A stretch of DNA of 64,000 nucleotides from Candidatus Latescibacterota bacterium (GTDB taxonomy: Bacteria > Latescibacterota > UBA2968 > GCA-2709665): assembly GCA_965203805.1 (NCBI GenBank), contig OZ241917.1:928001-992000 (forward strand), in the 5' to 3' direction. A program made the position numbers and the translations under genes. Below the pieces are notes generated by a model. It was not told where the DNA came from. It searched no databases and saw nothing but the letters and a program-made list of their open reading frames with translations. This document shows positions 48,393 to 60,220 of the stretch, in pieces. Positions within the stretch are counted from its first letter, which is position 1, and every line of letters starts with the position of its first letter.

Positions 48393-49151
48393 CTAATCCG
48401 ATATCCCGTAGATTCTCGCCAGGTTCTCGCCGAAAATCAGCCGTTCGGCATCGGACCCCAACTCCAGCCGCTGGATGGCCCGCTTCACCTGGATAGGCCG
48501 GTATTCCGGAAGGTTTGAACCGAAGACCACCCGCTCCGGCCCCAGTTCCCTCACCGCCGTTCCGACTTCCACCGGTACGGTCTCCTCCGGGTTGTCCGCC
48601 CATCGCTTGTGAAAGCGCAAGACGGTCGTGCCCATGTAAACGTTTTCGTATTGCAGGCACACTGCCATGGCCGCGTCGAAATGGTCCGGAAAACCCATGT
48701 GGTCCAGGATAACCGCGGTATCGGGAACGCGCTCTGCAATCGTTGCGGCCCGGTCCGCGCTGCAGTTCTCCACACCGGTATGAATCGAAATGACAATGCC
48801 AAGCTCCTGTGCGGCGTCCGCGAACGGATAGACCATTGGATCGTCCACCTCGAACCGGTGGATTGCGCCCATCAGCTTCATACCCTTCGCGCCGCGGGAC
48901 GCGTAATTCCTGAGCTGCGCAACTCCCTCCGCCCCCAGGTGGGGATCCATCATTACACAAGGCAGCAGATTCGGGTGTCCCGCGGTCCGTACCAGCAACC
49001 CGTCATTGTCCGGATCCTCTTTCGCGTCCGGCATCACCACCGCCATGTCGATCCCCGCCTCCGCCTCGCACTCCAACAATGCCGCGACTGTCATGGGGCG
49101 TCCGTACCAATCTCCCGCCAGGTAGGCTTCGAAATCTGCGGTTACTGCCAT
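48393..49151 (-). CDS. Amidohydrolase-2 family protein
   Basis: ISIHTG, VILDHMG, ERVVFGSNLP, IFGENLARIY. Confidence 0.8.
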   Translation of the reverse strand: MAVTADFEAYLAGDWYGRPMTVAALLECEAEAGIDMAVVMPDAKEDPDNDGLLVRTAGHPNLLPCVMMDPHLGAEGVAQLRNYASRGAKGMKLMGAIHRFEVDDPMVYPFADAAQELGIVISIHTGVENCSADRAATIAERVPDTAVILDHMGFPDHFDAAMAVCLQYENVYMGTTVLRFHKRWADNPEETVPVEVGTAVRELGPERVVFGSNLPEYRPIQVKRAIQRLELGSDAERLIFGENLARIYGISD

Positions 49152-49201
49152 GGAATGACCTCCTTATCACGCTTTGGCGTTCCGTCGCCGGACCCCGGCG
49201 C

Positions 49202-50002
49202 TCAGCCCAGTTGCAGCGCTCGCCACCGGTCGTACGCCGGGCGCATCCGTTCCGGCAGGAATTCGCGCACGTTGTCCGCCAGCATCCACTTCACGCGCCC
49301 GTCTGTCTCCTGGGGCTCTTCGTCGGGATCGTGTTTCTGCCAGCTCCCCGCCAGCGTCAATCTCTCGGGCGTTGTATTGTAAATTCCCCGATGGACCGTA
49401 TGGCCATTCCAGAAAATCGACTGACCCGCTTTCAGGTGCATCACTGCCTGCGTCGAAATGTCAGCGTGCCGATTCTTCAGCAGCCGGTCCCGCTCCTCAT
49501 CGGTCCGGTACCTTCTGTGGCTGCCCGGCACCAGTTGCAGGCAGGAATCGTCGACCAGCGCCAGGTGCCACTTCAAGGACGCCAGCGGCCGGTTGAGGAT
49601 TTCCATCTCCACCTCGTAGGTCCCGTCACGCTCGTTCTTTCCGAAATCCCGGTGCCAGCCACCGCTCCAGTCCTCCTCGTCGGGCGACGTAAAGATGAGC
49701 ACTCCGCCCAATCGCAATTCGCTGCCCAGAAGCGGCTCCACGTATTGCATCACGTGTTGCGACGCCAGGTAATCCGCAAAAACCGGTTCGTTGAATTCCG
49801 GAGCGAACAGGCCCCTGATCGCCCACGGCTCACCGCTCGGGGTACGGTGCGTGAAAATATCCACGTCGCCGGAGCGCGCTTTGGCTTTGACGCGCCGCGT
49901 CGCTTCCAGAAGCGGCGCCATCATATCCGGATCGACCGCATCGTCCACGATAAAGTAACCCTGAGTCTGGTACTGATCCTTTACCTCCGCCAAATCCACC
50001 AT
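49202..50002 (-). CDS. Phytanoyl-CoA dioxygenase (PhyH) family Fe(II)/2OG oxygenase
   Basis: QGYFIV, WHRD, VPGSH, HRG. Confidence 0.85.
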   Translation of the reverse strand: MVDLAEVKDQYQTQGYFIVDDAVDPDMMAPLLEATRRVKAKARSGDVDIFTHRTPSGEPWAIRGLFAPEFNEPVFADYLASQHVMQYVEPLLGSELRLGGVLIFTSPDEEDWSGGWHRDFGKNERDGTYEVEMEILNRPLASLKWHLALVDDSCLQLVPGSHRRYRTDEERDRLLKNRHADISTQAVMHLKAGQSIFWNGHTVHRGIYNTTPERLTLAGSWQKHDPDEEPQETDGRVKWMLADNVREFLPERMRPAYDRWRALQLG

Positions 50003-50117
50003 ACCTATCCTCCAATCCTGGTCCAATGACGTTCACCCTGGGAACTTGAACCGAGAGGCGAGAGCGTGAGTCCGGATTGCGTACAACCCGGCGGCGAACG
50101 ATGCCTCGCAGCGGAAA

Positions 50118-53100
50118 TCACCACTCCTTTTTCCAGAAAATTCCGAGCGATTTGCGATCCCGCTCACGTTCGTTGCCCTCTCGCTGCTGTGCCTCCAGCG
50201 TCACTTGCGGCAACAGTTCGTACTCGACCACGACTTCCCGCCCCCTTGCCTCGGAAACGTCCTGCGCATAGCTGACAAAGAACCGGGAACCGAAATACTT
50301 ACCGGCCCGTACCCGGGTTGCGGAGTTTCCCCTGCCCAGGTCGATTTCCACAACGTCAAGGTTCAATCGTCTGCCGATGGAGCGTTTCAGCTGGTTCGCC
50401 GCGACGCCAAGTACAAGAACCGCGGCCCGGCCCTCCAGCCGGCTCCCGACGCCCCCTTCCCCGCCCATCAGACCGGAAACGTCGTCGGTCGGCCTTCCGA
50501 TCAGCAGGTACGAGAGGATATCGGATTCGTCAAGGGGCGGCGTAGTATCACTTTCAAGGGAAATACTGGGTTCCATCAGCGTCCCGCCCACAACAACGCT
50601 GATAACCGCGTTTTCATTGGAAACCAGCCTGATCCTGCGTGTTGCTATGATGTAAAGATCGGGGTTGATATCCGAACTGCCGCGGAAGTTGATCTCGCCA
50701 CGGTCGATTGCGAAACCGGTATTCTGAAACTCGTACCGGCCCTGTCTGCTATCGAGAGAGCCGTAGACCCGGATTCCCCCTTTGTCCTTGATCAGATCCA
50801 CGTCCCCGGAAATCTCGACGTTTAATTCCCTGTCCCGGATCCACACGTTTCGTGAGGCCGATACCCGGACGGCGCAGTTCAGATTTCGAAAGAGCGGCGA
50901 CGACATCCAGCCGATGTCTGTGGGGTATTCGATAAAATCGGACAGCCGGAGTACGGCGCGGGACAGAGCCACCCTGCCATCCATGCGCCCCGCCTCCGGG
51001 TTCCCCTTCAGTTGAAGGTCGGCATTGAGTGTGGCTTTCAACGAAGTCAGGTCAACCGCCTCGAACTCGTCTGCTTTCAATGAAAAGTCATAACGCTCCA
51101 CGTCAAACTGGTTTAACGTCACGTCGCCCTTTAGCGCAACCCGTGTCTTCTCCCGGCCGGTTTCGAAGCGGTCGAGGACGATCCGTTTCCCGTCAAAGTT
51201 CAGATCCGCTTCTACGTTTTCGAACGTCGTATTCAGAGGCACGATTCGCGCCTTTCCATCACGCAGCTTAAGCCATCCGTGCCGGAGAAGCCGCTGCGAT
51301 GTGCCCTTCACGGTCAGGTCGACCTCCAGAGATCCCTCCGCATCCTGGACTGCGCTGAGAATCCCGGGAAGAAAGTTCAGATCGATTCCGCCTGACTTGA
51401 GCGATACCTCTACAGGACCCCGGGGAAACAGATCCCTCCACCCGCCTGACATCGGGTCCAGCGGAAAATGACCCTTCGTGGCGGCCTCCCTGCCGGGGGA
51501 CTGCACCAGTTTCAGGTCCACGGTGGCACGCTTGCTCCGATACCCCAGCGTTCCCGAGACTTCCTTCAACCCGACACCTGCAAAGACAGCATCCCGAAGC
51601 GCCAGCTCTGACTTCACGCGGGGATCGTCCAGCCTGCCGGACAGCGCGATTTTCCCTGTAAACATCCCGCTCAACTCGCCCGCCATCCCCAGAAGACCCG
51701 ACCATATCTTCAGGTCCACATCGCTCAGGGTCACGCCCACGCCGTCTGCCTGCCCGCTGTGTCCGTGCGCCAGAATGGCGCCACCGTCCCCCGCCAGCCG
51801 GAAATGCTCCACATTGACGGCGCCTTCGCGCCGATACGTCACTCTTGACCAGCCATCGCTGGACATGGTTACACCGCCCACCCCGACCGACAGGGAATCC
51901 AGTTCAAGGACGTATTCAGCGTCAGCCCACCGGGCCCGGCCCCTGGCGTGCAGTTGATCGATCTCGTCCGGACGGCTGCCCAGCGTGAAGGATATCCCTT
52001 CCTGATTCAGCCCCACGTCCACTGCCAGGTCGTGGACCGTGCGCCCACCCCACACAAGGGAATCCGCGCGGACCATCAGATCCCCCTGCGACAGTTGCGA
52101 ACCCGTCACCCCGAGTTTGACCCCCCGGATCGGGACACCTCTGAAATTCAAGCTGTCTGCCAGCAGATCCACCTCGGCAAGGGGTTTCGTCCACGTGCCG
52201 GCAATGCGCGCCGCAAATGAAGCCGGCGTGCCGGTCAATCCCGGTCCCACGATGTCGTCAAGCACTCTGAAATCGCCGACCCGCCCCTTCGCCCGGAGGT
52301 CCAGGCTGTCGCCCGGCGCGACCCAACCGGCGCCTTCCACGTGCGCCCGCGTACCGGTCAGGAACAACCGATCCACGGTCGTCCGGCGACCCCGCTGTAC
52401 CAGGCTCGCCCTTGCGCTATCCAGTCTTCCTCCAAGAAACCGCGACGCTTCCAAGATCACGTCCGCGTTGGCCCGTGCCGAATCCGGGTGAAATCCCTCT
52501 CCGTCCAGTCCGATCTGCAATGACACGTCTTCCAGGAGATCTGGGCGACCCAGAAGCCGATCCGTCGCCAGACCGTCCACCCGCACGCCCGCGCGGTAGG
52601 AGGGCTGTCGTCCGCCGGGGTTCCAGAATTGTCCCAGATCGATCCTGGCGTGTCCCCTGACCATGCCGTATCCGTCCGACAGCCGCACGCCTATTGTGTC
52701 GAGAATCACAATTCCCCGCCGTAATGATCCGCGAAGAGAGAGTCCTGTTGCGCGAGGCAAACCCTCGATATTCAAGACGTCGATACCCGCTTCACCCCGC
52801 CAGACCTCATCGCCCGTCCGCCTCAGCCGTACCTCACCCGTGAGATCGGTGACCCTCGGGAGACGCCATGGCAGCGCGGTCAGGTCCACGTGCACCAGGT
52901 GTGTTGTCAATTCATAGCCCTGCGCCGCCCCGATCCGGTCTACCAGCAGTTTGGCCGTCACCCCCCCGGCCTCCCCCTCGGCCTTCACGTCCATCTGGAG
53001 TCTTCCGTTGGCCAATGAAGCGAGGAGGTTCGCCGTATCGACGACTGCGCCGTACAGTTGCGCGCGGGCGATGCCCCCGCTGACGTTCAAGTCCGCCGTC

Positions 53101-54173
53101 AACGGATCCACACCGCGTCCTCTGAGATGAACGGTCGCGTCAAAACGGGCGTCCGCGCCCAACGTCGGGGCGACCCGCATCAGGTCGATTCCCGTGGCGG
53201 TCGCGCGGACATCATAGGCGACGTCCGCCCGCGAGAAGTCGAGATGACCGGCAATGACGCAGGCGGACGACCCGTCGTCGAGGTTCAGGTCCACGCTCGC
53301 ACGGGTCGCGTCACCCCACACCCTGCCGCCTGCCGACAGACTTCCCGTTGGGTAGGACCCGGGAAGAATACGGCCGATCTCGTCATACGCGAGAGAATCC
53401 GCATGCAGCACGAAGTCGTACACCGGTCGGGAAAGGCCGGTCACCGATCCGTCGACGAGAAGGTGCGAAGCCGCCGTCTGCAGGCGGATCCCTTTCAGGG
53501 TCAGCCTTCCATCGGCAAGCAGTGTCAGACCGGAAAGATCTCTGATGACGAGGGGAGGCTCTAAGATAACGGACCGGAAACGGCGAAGCGCCAGTTCGTA
53601 TCCCGCTGGCCCTGCCTGGAACCCCAGGACCAGATTCAGGCTGTCGACCCTTCCGGAAGCGGCCGCGTCGATCCGGCCGTCCACGACCTCCGCGTGGCGG
53701 ATGCGTATCTCCCGCATCGGGCCCCGTTTCCACCAATTCGGGTCCGACTCGGGCAACAGGCGTACCGCGGAATCCGCGACGGCCGCGCCTTCCGGGAGTC
53801 GGACCCTCGGGGCTACCATCACGAGGCTATCGACAATTGCCGCGCCCATCAGCAGCGTCGTCGGCCGATAGCGGGCTTCCAACGCGTCCACAACCAGGAG
53901 AGGCGCATGTTGTGCGCCGAGCCGCACCCTTTCCATCCGGAAGCCCTTCAAGGGATTGCCCCGCAGGACGCCGATATCGACGGCCGCGCCGAGGTCCCTG
54001 CTGAGCCGCTCCTGCAGATACGTACGCAGGTACGGGTTCGCGCGTCCGGATGCCAGCGCGAGGAGACCGAGTCCGACGACCCCGACCATGACGGCCGCAA
54101 ATGGAACGGTTATTTTAACGATGCGTCTCAAGAGGTCCCTGTCTGGCGGGTTGAACCAGCGAATTTGATGCAT
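50118..54173 (-). CDS. tamB: Translocation and assembly module subunit TamB
   Basis: 1351 aa, N-terminal anchor, beta-taco repeats, C-terminal DUF490-like P.L.ESDILSYLLIGR, GKY, VEYEL. Confidence 0.85.
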   Translation of the reverse strand: MHQIRWFNPPDRDLLRRIVKITVPFAAVMVGVVGLGLLALASGRANPYLRTYLQERLSRDLGAAVDIGVLRGNPLKGFRMERVRLGAQHAPLLVVDALEARYRPTTLLMGAAIVDSLVMVAPRVRLPEGAAVADSAVRLLPESDPNWWKRGPMREIRIRHAEVVDGRIDAAASGRVDSLNLVLGFQAGPAGYELALRRFRSVILEPPLVIRDLSGLTLLADGRLTLKGIRLQTAASHLLVDGSVTGLSRPVYDFVLHADSLAYDEIGRILPGSYPTGSLSAGGRVWGDATRASVDLNLDDGSSACVIAGHLDFSRADVAYDVRATATGIDLMRVAPTLGADARFDATVHLRGRGVDPLTADLNVSGGIARAQLYGAVVDTANLLASLANGRLQMDVKAEGEAGGVTAKLLVDRIGAAQGYELTTHLVHVDLTALPWRLPRVTDLTGEVRLRRTGDEVWRGEAGIDVLNIEGLPRATGLSLRGSLRRGIVILDTIGVRLSDGYGMVRGHARIDLGQFWNPGGRQPSYRAGVRVDGLATDRLLGRPDLLEDVSLQIGLDGEGFHPDSARANADVILEASRFLGGRLDSARASLVQRGRRTTVDRLFLTGTRAHVEGAGWVAPGDSLDLRAKGRVGDFRVLDDIVGPGLTGTPASFAARIAGTWTKPLAEVDLLADSLNFRGVPIRGVKLGVTGSQLSQGDLMVRADSLVWGGRTVHDLAVDVGLNQEGISFTLGSRPDEIDQLHARGRARWADAEYVLELDSLSVGVGGVTMSSDGWSRVTYRREGAVNVEHFRLAGDGGAILAHGHSGQADGVGVTLSDVDLKIWSGLLGMAGELSGMFTGKIALSGRLDDPRVKSELALRDAVFAGVGLKEVSGTLGYRSKRATVDLKLVQSPGREAATKGHFPLDPMSGGWRDLFPRGPVEVSLKSGGIDLNFLPGILSAVQDAEGSLEVDLTVKGTSQRLLRHGWLKLRDGKARIVPLNTTFENVEADLNFDGKRIVLDRFETGREKTRVALKGDVTLNQFDVERYDFSLKADEFEAVDLTSLKATLNADLQLKGNPEAGRMDGRVALSRAVLRLSDFIEYPTDIGWMSSPLFRNLNCAVRVSASRNVWIRDRELNVEISGDVDLIKDKGGIRVYGSLDSRQGRYEFQNTGFAIDRGEINFRGSSDINPDLYIIATRRIRLVSNENAVISVVVGGTLMEPSISLESDTTPPLDESDILSYLLIGRPTDDVSGLMGGEGGVGSRLEGRAAVLVLGVAANQLKRSIGRRLNLDVVEIDLGRGNSATRVRAGKYFGSRFFVSYAQDVSEARGREVVVEYELLPQVTLEAQQREGNERERDRKSLGIFWKKEW

Positions 54174-54256
54174 CCTGGAAATCCGGCGTCAAATCGCCTT
54201 TGTCAACTTGCGTAACTTCGATTTAACGTCGCCGAAGCATGACGGACGAATCAAGG

Positions 54257-56062
54257 CTAAAACGCCTGTCCAAGGCTGAAATGGACCTGCCGAACGGGCT
54301 GGGACGGATCGTCGGAAAGACGGTACGCGACGTCGAGCCGGGCCGGGCTGATGGGATTCAGGTAACGCAATCCGATACCGGCTGCCACATGCAGACGACC
54401 TGGATCGAAGGCTCGGAACCGGTCGGTCTCCACGTTTCCCGCATCCACGAACAGGGCCATCCCCACCCCCGACATCAGCCGGGTACGGACTTCGACGCTT
54501 CCTTCCAGATTGCTCAGCCCGCCCAGCGGTAAGTCGGACGGTCCCCGTGGACCCAGCCTGTTCAGCTTCCACCCGCGCACGCTGCCTGAGCCACCCGCGA
54601 AAAACCGCTCGAAATTCGGAATTGACGCCAGCGTTTTCCGACTGAGAATCGTCCCACCCGACACCCTGAGCGCGAGCACGCTCTTCCAGAATATCTTTCG
54701 GTACCATCGACACTCGCCCGACACTTTGAGGAAGTCTCTGCCGCTGGAGGCCTTCACCGCAAGTTCGGCCAGCAGGCCCCGTGTCGGGTCGAAGAAGTCG
54801 TCCCGTCTATCTTCCAGGTATTCTAAGGAGAGCGACGTACGGGTGCTGTCCAGCTCGAATTCAAGGACTTCAGTCCTCACCTCAAAGACGACTCGTCCGG
54901 TCGCCCTGAAAGTCCGTTCCAGCGCCGCGCTGGCGCCGCCCCGCTTCACACGGATCTCCTCGGGCCGTTCCTGCTCCGCGAACCCCGTCATCTCCAGCCA
55001 TGTCCTGCTCCCGAGTATGTACGGCTGTCTCACGCCGACGCTTGCCCTCGCCTCGAGCGACGATGCTGAAGATTCGACGGTCAACTGGCGCGCGCCGCCA
55101 CCCAGAAAACTCCGGTGCCGCCAGGACAGCGAACCCCTCAACCGTTCTTCGGTGTCGTACCCCGCCCCCAGTTTCAGGCTCCGCGGCGGCCGTTCCCTCA
55201 CGACAATGGCCACGTTCACCGGACTCGCGCGGGCAACCGTGTCGGGAATGGCAAGCGAAACGGCCCGGAACGCCTCCGACCGATAGAGTTGGAGCCGGCT
55301 GTTCGACAGATCCTTCTTCCTGTAGCCGTCTCCTGTCCTGAAAGTCAGCCCCCGCAGAATCAGATCGTCCGAAACCGTGCGGTTTCCCACGATCCGTATC
55401 TGTCCAAACCGGCATTCCGGCCCCGGCGACACCCGATACGTTACGTCTGCCCGCTTGTTACGAACCGCGACATCCGCGGCGACCTGTGCGAAGGCGTGGC
55501 CGTCGTTCTCAAGCAATTCAGCGATTTTTCTCTGATCCGACTCCCGGCCCGATCGGGTCAGCGGCCGGCCCCGTCGGGTGACCAGCGCATCCATCAGACG
55601 CACGCTGTCCCGGCCCGCATCCGCCGGCAGAAACGCCAGCCTGACGTTGGATACGACAACAGGCTCACCTTCTTCGATCCCTATGCGGATGCGGACAAAA
55701 CCGGGTCGGTACCGGTCGACGACAGTGTCCACAACGGCTTCAAAATAGCCCAGTTCCCGGTATCGCGTCAGAATCCTTTCGACATCGGATCGAAACACGG
55801 AAGGATCGAACCACCGCACGTCGACACCCGGGAAAACCTCGTACCAGGGGTTCGCGCGGGTGAACATCAGCAGCTTGAGATCTCTGCCGGAAATCGCGCG
55901 ATTACCTTCGAACGCAACAGCGTCGACGACGGTGGAATCCGTATCCTGTGCGGAGAGGGCACCGGGAAGAACGAAACAGACCATGACGGCGACGATTCTG
56001 AAGAGAATCAAGCCTCTCCTTCCTATTCGGACGCTTATTGGAACTGAACTGCGGCGCGGCAT
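54257..56062 (-). CDS. tamA: Omp85-family outer-membrane protein TamA/BamA
   Basis: Three POTRA-like repeats (FEGN..., GY/GH); RFFAGGSGSVRGW; GIGLRY..P..RLD; ends SLGQAF; start uncertain. Confidence 0.85.
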   Translation of the reverse strand: MPRRSSVPISVRIGRRGLILFRIVAVMVCFVLPGALSAQDTDSTVVDAVAFEGNRAISGRDLKLLMFTRANPWYEVFPGVDVRWFDPSVFRSDVERILTRYRELGYFEAVVDTVVDRYRPGFVRIRIGIEEGEPVVVSNVRLAFLPADAGRDSVRLMDALVTRRGRPLTRSGRESDQRKIAELLENDGHAFAQVAADVAVRNKRADVTYRVSPGPECRFGQIRIVGNRTVSDDLILRGLTFRTGDGYRKKDLSNSRLQLYRSEAFRAVSLAIPDTVARASPVNVAIVVRERPPRSLKLGAGYDTEERLRGSLSWRHRSFLGGGARQLTVESSASSLEARASVGVRQPYILGSRTWLEMTGFAEQERPEEIRVKRGGASAALERTFRATGRVVFEVRTEVLEFELDSTRTSLSLEYLEDRRDDFFDPTRGLLAELAVKASSGRDFLKVSGECRWYRKIFWKSVLALRVSGGTILSRKTLASIPNFERFFAGGSGSVRGWKLNRLGPRGPSDLPLGGLSNLEGSVEVRTRLMSGVGMALFVDAGNVETDRFRAFDPGRLHVAAGIGLRYLNPISPARLDVAYRLSDDPSQPVRQVHFSLGQAF

Positions 56063-56311
56063 CTGGCGACCTGGGCCGGATTGCACCTTCGACCGCGTCG
56101 TCCCGCCGCTGCCCTCCATCGCGCTTTCCGGCGGAACCCGGCCGATCGCGGACTCTTCCTTTGACGCCCGCCCATCCCGTCGGTTTCAGATCTCCGTCTC
56201 TCAGCGGAAGATAGGTATCCACTGCGTGTGCACAAGGGATTTCTGTCTTGCAGGCAATATGGACCGGACCCCGGTGATCGCGTTCGAGAGCGGGACCGGC
56301 AAAATGGGTTC

Positions 56312-56342
56312 GGCCCCTTTTTCCGATGTGGAAAAAGGGGCC
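56312..56342. terminator. Hairpin downstream of clpB (terminator or REP-like)
   Basis: GGCCCCTTTTTCC-gatgt-GGAAAAAGGGGCC. Confidence 0.6.
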
Positions 56343-56365
56343 TGAGACAGTGCCGGGATGCGCGC

Positions 56366-58996
56366 TCATCCGCCAGCGACCGGCGCTTCGGCCGGCGGGT
56401 TGTCAGGGTGGAGGACAAGCTCGCCCTTCTCCGCGTCCACCCGGACCCGCGCGCCGTCGCAGATATCGCCGCCAATCAGCCCTCTGCCGATTCTCGTCTC
56501 CAGTTCTCGTTGCAGGTACCGTCTGAGCGGGCGGGCGCCGTAGACGGGATCGAACCCGTCGCGGGCGACGAATTCGCGCGCGCTGTCGGTAATCTCCAAG
56601 TCGATCCGCCTGTCCTCCAGGCGTTTTCGGATGTCTGCGATCAACAGATCGACAATCTTTCCGATTTCGTCCCGGGTCAGGGCCTTGAAAAGGACGACGT
56701 CGTCGACCCGATTGAGAAACTCGGGCCTGAAGTGGCGGCCCATCTCATCCATCACCGCCGTACGGGCTTCGTCGCGGATTTCCCCGCTATCCGTCGCGCG
56801 ATCCAGCATATGGGGCGCGCCGATGTTGGAGGTCATGATAATCACCGTGTTCTTGAAGTCCACGGTCCGCCCCTGCGCGTCGGTCAGACGCCCGTCTTCG
56901 AGGATCTGCAGCAACGCGTTGAACACGTCGTTGTGTGCCTTCTCAATTTCGTCGAACAGGACCACCGAGTAGGGTTTTCTGCGAACCGCCTCGGTCAGCT
57001 GTCCCCCATCCTCGTACCCCACGTAACCGGGAGGCGCGCCCACAAGACGGGAAACCGAATGCCTCTCCATGTATTCGCTCATATCGATCCGGACCATATT
57101 GTCCTCGGCGTCGAACAGCGTTTCCGCGAGGGCCCTCGCCAGTTCGGTCTTGCCGACACCCGTGGGGCCCAAAAAGATAAACGAGCCGATGGGCCGGCGC
57201 GGGTCCTTGATCCCCGCCCGGGCACGGATCACGGCGTCGGCCACCAGCGACACGGCCTCGTCCTGCCCCACGACGCGCCGGTGCAGAATCTCGTCGAGCC
57301 TGAGGAGCTTCTCGCGTTCGCCTTCAACCAGCCTCGTCACGGGGATCCCGGTCCAGCGCGAAACGATCTCCGCGATCTCCTCCCCTGTCACTTCTTCGCG
57401 AAGCATCCGGCCGTTCCCCCGCGACCGCGCCTCCGCGGCCGAGAGCTTCTGCTCCAGTTCCGGAAGCCGCCCGTGATTCAACTCCGCCAGCCGGTTGAGA
57501 TCGTACTTCCGTTCGGCGTCTTCGATCTCGCGCCTCACCGATTCGATCTGTTCGCGAAGGGTGCGAACCGCGTCGATGACTTCCTTCTCGGATTCCCACT
57601 GAGCCCGCATCGCGCCGGCCTGCGCCTTCAGATCGGCCAGTTCCTTGCGAAGGTCCTCAAGTCGCTGTGCGCTTCCCCTGTCCGACTCTTTCGTCAGCGC
57701 TGCCTCTTCGATCTCGAGCCGCATCACCCTCCGGGTGACCTCGTCCAGGCCGGCGGGCATGGAATCGATTTCGGTTCGGATCATCGCGCAGGCCTCGTCC
57801 ACGAGGTCGATCGCCTTATCGGGCAGAAACCGGTCCGATACGTACCGGTTGGAGAGCACCGCCGCACTCACGAGCGCGTTGTCCTGAATCCGCACCCCAT
57901 GGTGCAACTCGTACCTTTCGCGAAGTCCCCTGAGGATAGAAATCGTGTCCTCTACCGTGGGCGCATCCACTGTTACGGGCTGGAACCGCCGTTCCAGGGC
58001 GGCGTCCTTTTCGATATGCCTCCGGTATTCGTCCAGCGTGGTCGCACCGATACAGTGCAGTTCGCCGCGCGCCAGCATCGGCTTGAGCATATTTCCCGCG
58101 TCCGCCGACCCTTCGGTACGTCCCGCGCCGACGATGTTGTGGACCTCGTCGATAAACAACAGAATGCGGCCCTCGCTCTGCGCAATCTCGTTCAGGACCG
58201 CCTTGAGCCGCTCTTCGAACTCGCCGCGGAATTTCGCACCGGCCAGCAGCGCGCCCATATCGAGCGAAAACACCACACGCTCCTTCATCCACTCCGGGAC
58301 GTCACCCTTTACGATCCGCTGCGCGAGTCCTTCGACGACCGCGGTCTTCCCCACGCCGGGCTCCCCGATCAGGACCGGGTTGTTCTTCGTTTTCCGGGAG
58401 AGGATGCGCACGAGTCTCCTGATTTCCGCGTCCCGGCCGATCACCGGATCCAGCTTGCCCTCGCGGGCCTGTGAGACCAGGTCCTCGCCGTACTTCTCAA
58501 GCGCATCGTACGTATCTTCAGGTTCCGGGCCGGTCACCCGCTGATTCCCGCGCACGCGGGTCAACGCATCGAGAAACGCCTCCCTGGTGGCCCCCTTCTC
58601 GTGCAGAATCCGGCCAGCCTGCGTATCGGGTCCTTCGCCCAGCAACGCCAGCGCCAGGTGTTCCACGGAAACGTACTCGTCCTTCAGCCGCCCGGCCTCG
58701 TCCTCCGCCCGCTGGATCAGTTGTTGGAAACGCTGCGTCACGTAAACACGTCCGGGTTCCGCGGGACCTCCGGTCTGCCGGGGCCTTCCGCCGAGTTCGC
58801 GCTCCAGATCCGCTTTCAGGCCTTCCGCGTCGATCTCCATTCGCGTAAGGATTCGCGGAATCAATCCGTCCGGCTGTGCCACCAGCGCGAGGAGCAGGTG
58901 TTCGCCGTCCACCTCGACGTGCCCGTACCGGGTAGAAGCCGCCTGCGCGTCCCGAATCGCCTCCTGTGATTTCTGTGTGAGTCTGTTCATATCCAT
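56366..58996 (-). CDS. clpB: ATP-dependent chaperone ClpB
   Basis: Clp N-domain, GEPGVGKT, long coiled-coil M-domain, [19 protein letters not shown]; AGGAGG RBS before MDMNRL. Confidence 0.97.
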   Translation of the reverse strand: MDMNRLTQKSQEAIRDAQAASTRYGHVEVDGEHLLLALVAQPDGLIPRILTRMEIDAEGLKADLERELGGRPRQTGGPAEPGRVYVTQRFQQLIQRAEDEAGRLKDEYVSVEHLALALLGEGPDTQAGRILHEKGATREAFLDALTRVRGNQRVTGPEPEDTYDALEKYGEDLVSQAREGKLDPVIGRDAEIRRLVRILSRKTKNNPVLIGEPGVGKTAVVEGLAQRIVKGDVPEWMKERVVFSLDMGALLAGAKFRGEFEERLKAVLNEIAQSEGRILLFIDEVHNIVGAGRTEGSADAGNMLKPMLARGELHCIGATTLDEYRRHIEKDAALERRFQPVTVDAPTVEDTISILRGLRERYELHHGVRIQDNALVSAAVLSNRYVSDRFLPDKAIDLVDEACAMIRTEIDSMPAGLDEVTRRVMRLEIEEAALTKESDRGSAQRLEDLRKELADLKAQAGAMRAQWESEKEVIDAVRTLREQIESVRREIEDAERKYDLNRLAELNHGRLPELEQKLSAAEARSRGNGRMLREEVTGEEIAEIVSRWTGIPVTRLVEGEREKLLRLDEILHRRVVGQDEAVSLVADAVIRARAGIKDPRRPIGSFIFLGPTGVGKTELARALAETLFDAEDNMVRIDMSEYMERHSVSRLVGAPPGYVGYEDGGQLTEAVRRKPYSVVLFDEIEKAHNDVFNALLQILEDGRLTDAQGRTVDFKNTVIIMTSNIGAPHMLDRATDSGEIRDEARTAVMDEMGRHFRPEFLNRVDDVVLFKALTRDEIGKIVDLLIADIRKRLEDRRIDLEITDSAREFVARDGFDPVYGARPLRRYLQRELETRIGRGLIGGDICDGARVRVDAEKGELVLHPDNPPAEAPVAGG

Positions 58997-59332
58997 CGTA
59001 GACCTCCTTTTTTTAAAAAATGTGGAATCCGCAGCCGCGCACGGCGTGACGCTGCCGAGGGTTGCAGTCCGTTCCATTTTGCCAATAATCGTATCGAAAC
59101 CGCTACTCAGCCGGTTCAGGAGTCCCGTCTACTTGCGGCGCGAATCTACTGCGTCGATCAGGTTACGAGAACAACGCCGATACCGAAACACAGTCACGAC
59201 TCACAATACCCGCAATGTTCGTGCCAGAATTACATTCGAGCGGATGTGAATTGCGGTTGAACTCGACCCGTTCATCGCATATCTTTGCGGATCGCATCCT
59301 ACCGTCCGTCATGCCGCGTTGAGGAACGCCGG

Positions 59333-60166
59333 ATGAAACCCGATTCAGAGGCCCTTGCCGTATTCGCTCCCGATCTCTTCGCCGGCCGGACCGCGCTCGT
59401 AACCGGCGGCGGCAGGGGAATCGGCCGTAGAATCGCCCTCGCGTTTGCGCGGTTGGGGGCGCGCGTTGTGATTGCCGGCCGGAATCCCGAAACGCTCACG
59501 TCCACCGCAGGCGAGATCACCGGCGCAGGCGCGCGATGCCTGGCCCTGCCCGTCAATATCCGTGAAACCGGACAGGTCGAAGCGCTCGTCTCCAGGGCGG
59601 TGGACGAATTCGGCGCGATCGACTTCCTGGTCAACAACGCAGGAGGTCAGTTCCCCGCGCGTCCGTCGGAGATCACCGACAGGGGCTGGCGCGCGGTGGT
59701 CGATCTGAACCTCAACGGCACCTGGAACATGTGCAGCCGTATCGGGCCTCACATGGTCGGAAATCGCTTCGGATCGATCGTGAATATCGTCCACATATAT
59801 GCACTCGATCGGGGCGCGCCGCCTTTTGCCCACTCCGGCGCGGCGCGGGCGGGCGTGGTCAACCTGACCAGAACCCTGGGCCACGACTATGCAGGCCGCA
59901 ACGTGAGGGTCAACGCCGTGGCTCCGGGATTTGTGGACACCGCCGGCCTTCGGGAGCATGAATTCAAACCCCTCCAGCACAAAGACTTCGAAACCATGGC
60001 CCTGCGGGATGTCCCCGCGGGCCGGTTCGCGGACCCCGACGAAGTGGCGGCGATCACGCTCTTCCTGTGTTCTCCGGCCGCGGCATACGTCACCGGCACG
60101 ACGATCGTCGCCGACGGCGCACTGTCTCTGGGCGGCTGGACCCCGTGGATGGCCCCGGAACCGTAG
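59333..60166 (+). CDS. SDR family oxidoreductase (2,4-dienoyl-CoA/trans-2-enoyl-CoA reductase-like)
   Basis: TGGGRGIG, NNAGGQF, HSGAARAG, VNAVAPG. Confidence 0.88.
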   Translation: MKPDSEALAVFAPDLFAGRTALVTGGGRGIGRRIALAFARLGARVVIAGRNPETLTSTAGEITGAGARCLALPVNIRETGQVEALVSRAVDEFGAIDFLVNNAGGQFPARPSEITDRGWRAVVDLNLNGTWNMCSRIGPHMVGNRFGSIVNIVHIYALDRGAPPFAHSGAARAGVVNLTRTLGHDYAGRNVRVNAVAPGFVDTAGLREHEFKPLQHKDFETMALRDVPAGRFADPDEVAAITLFLCSPAAAYVTGTTIVADGALSLGGWTPWMAPEP

Positions 60167-60176
60167 CGGTTTTGAG

Positions 60177-60220
60177 GAAAAACAAAAGCGGCCGGGAGTT
60201 TCCCGACCGCGTTTGTTTTC
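60177..60220. terminator. Intrinsic terminator
   Basis: AAAACAAAAGCGGCCGGGA-gtt-TCCCGACCGCGTTTGTTTT just after the SDR stop. Confidence 0.7.

Noticed and set aside
56228-58474. 748-aa plus-strand ORF
   Set aside because: Antisense shadow of clpB
58997-59332. CIRCE or HAIR heat-shock operator upstream of clpB
   Set aside because: Neither TTAGCACTC-N9-GAGTGCTAA nor CTTGAGT-N7-ACTCAAG is present
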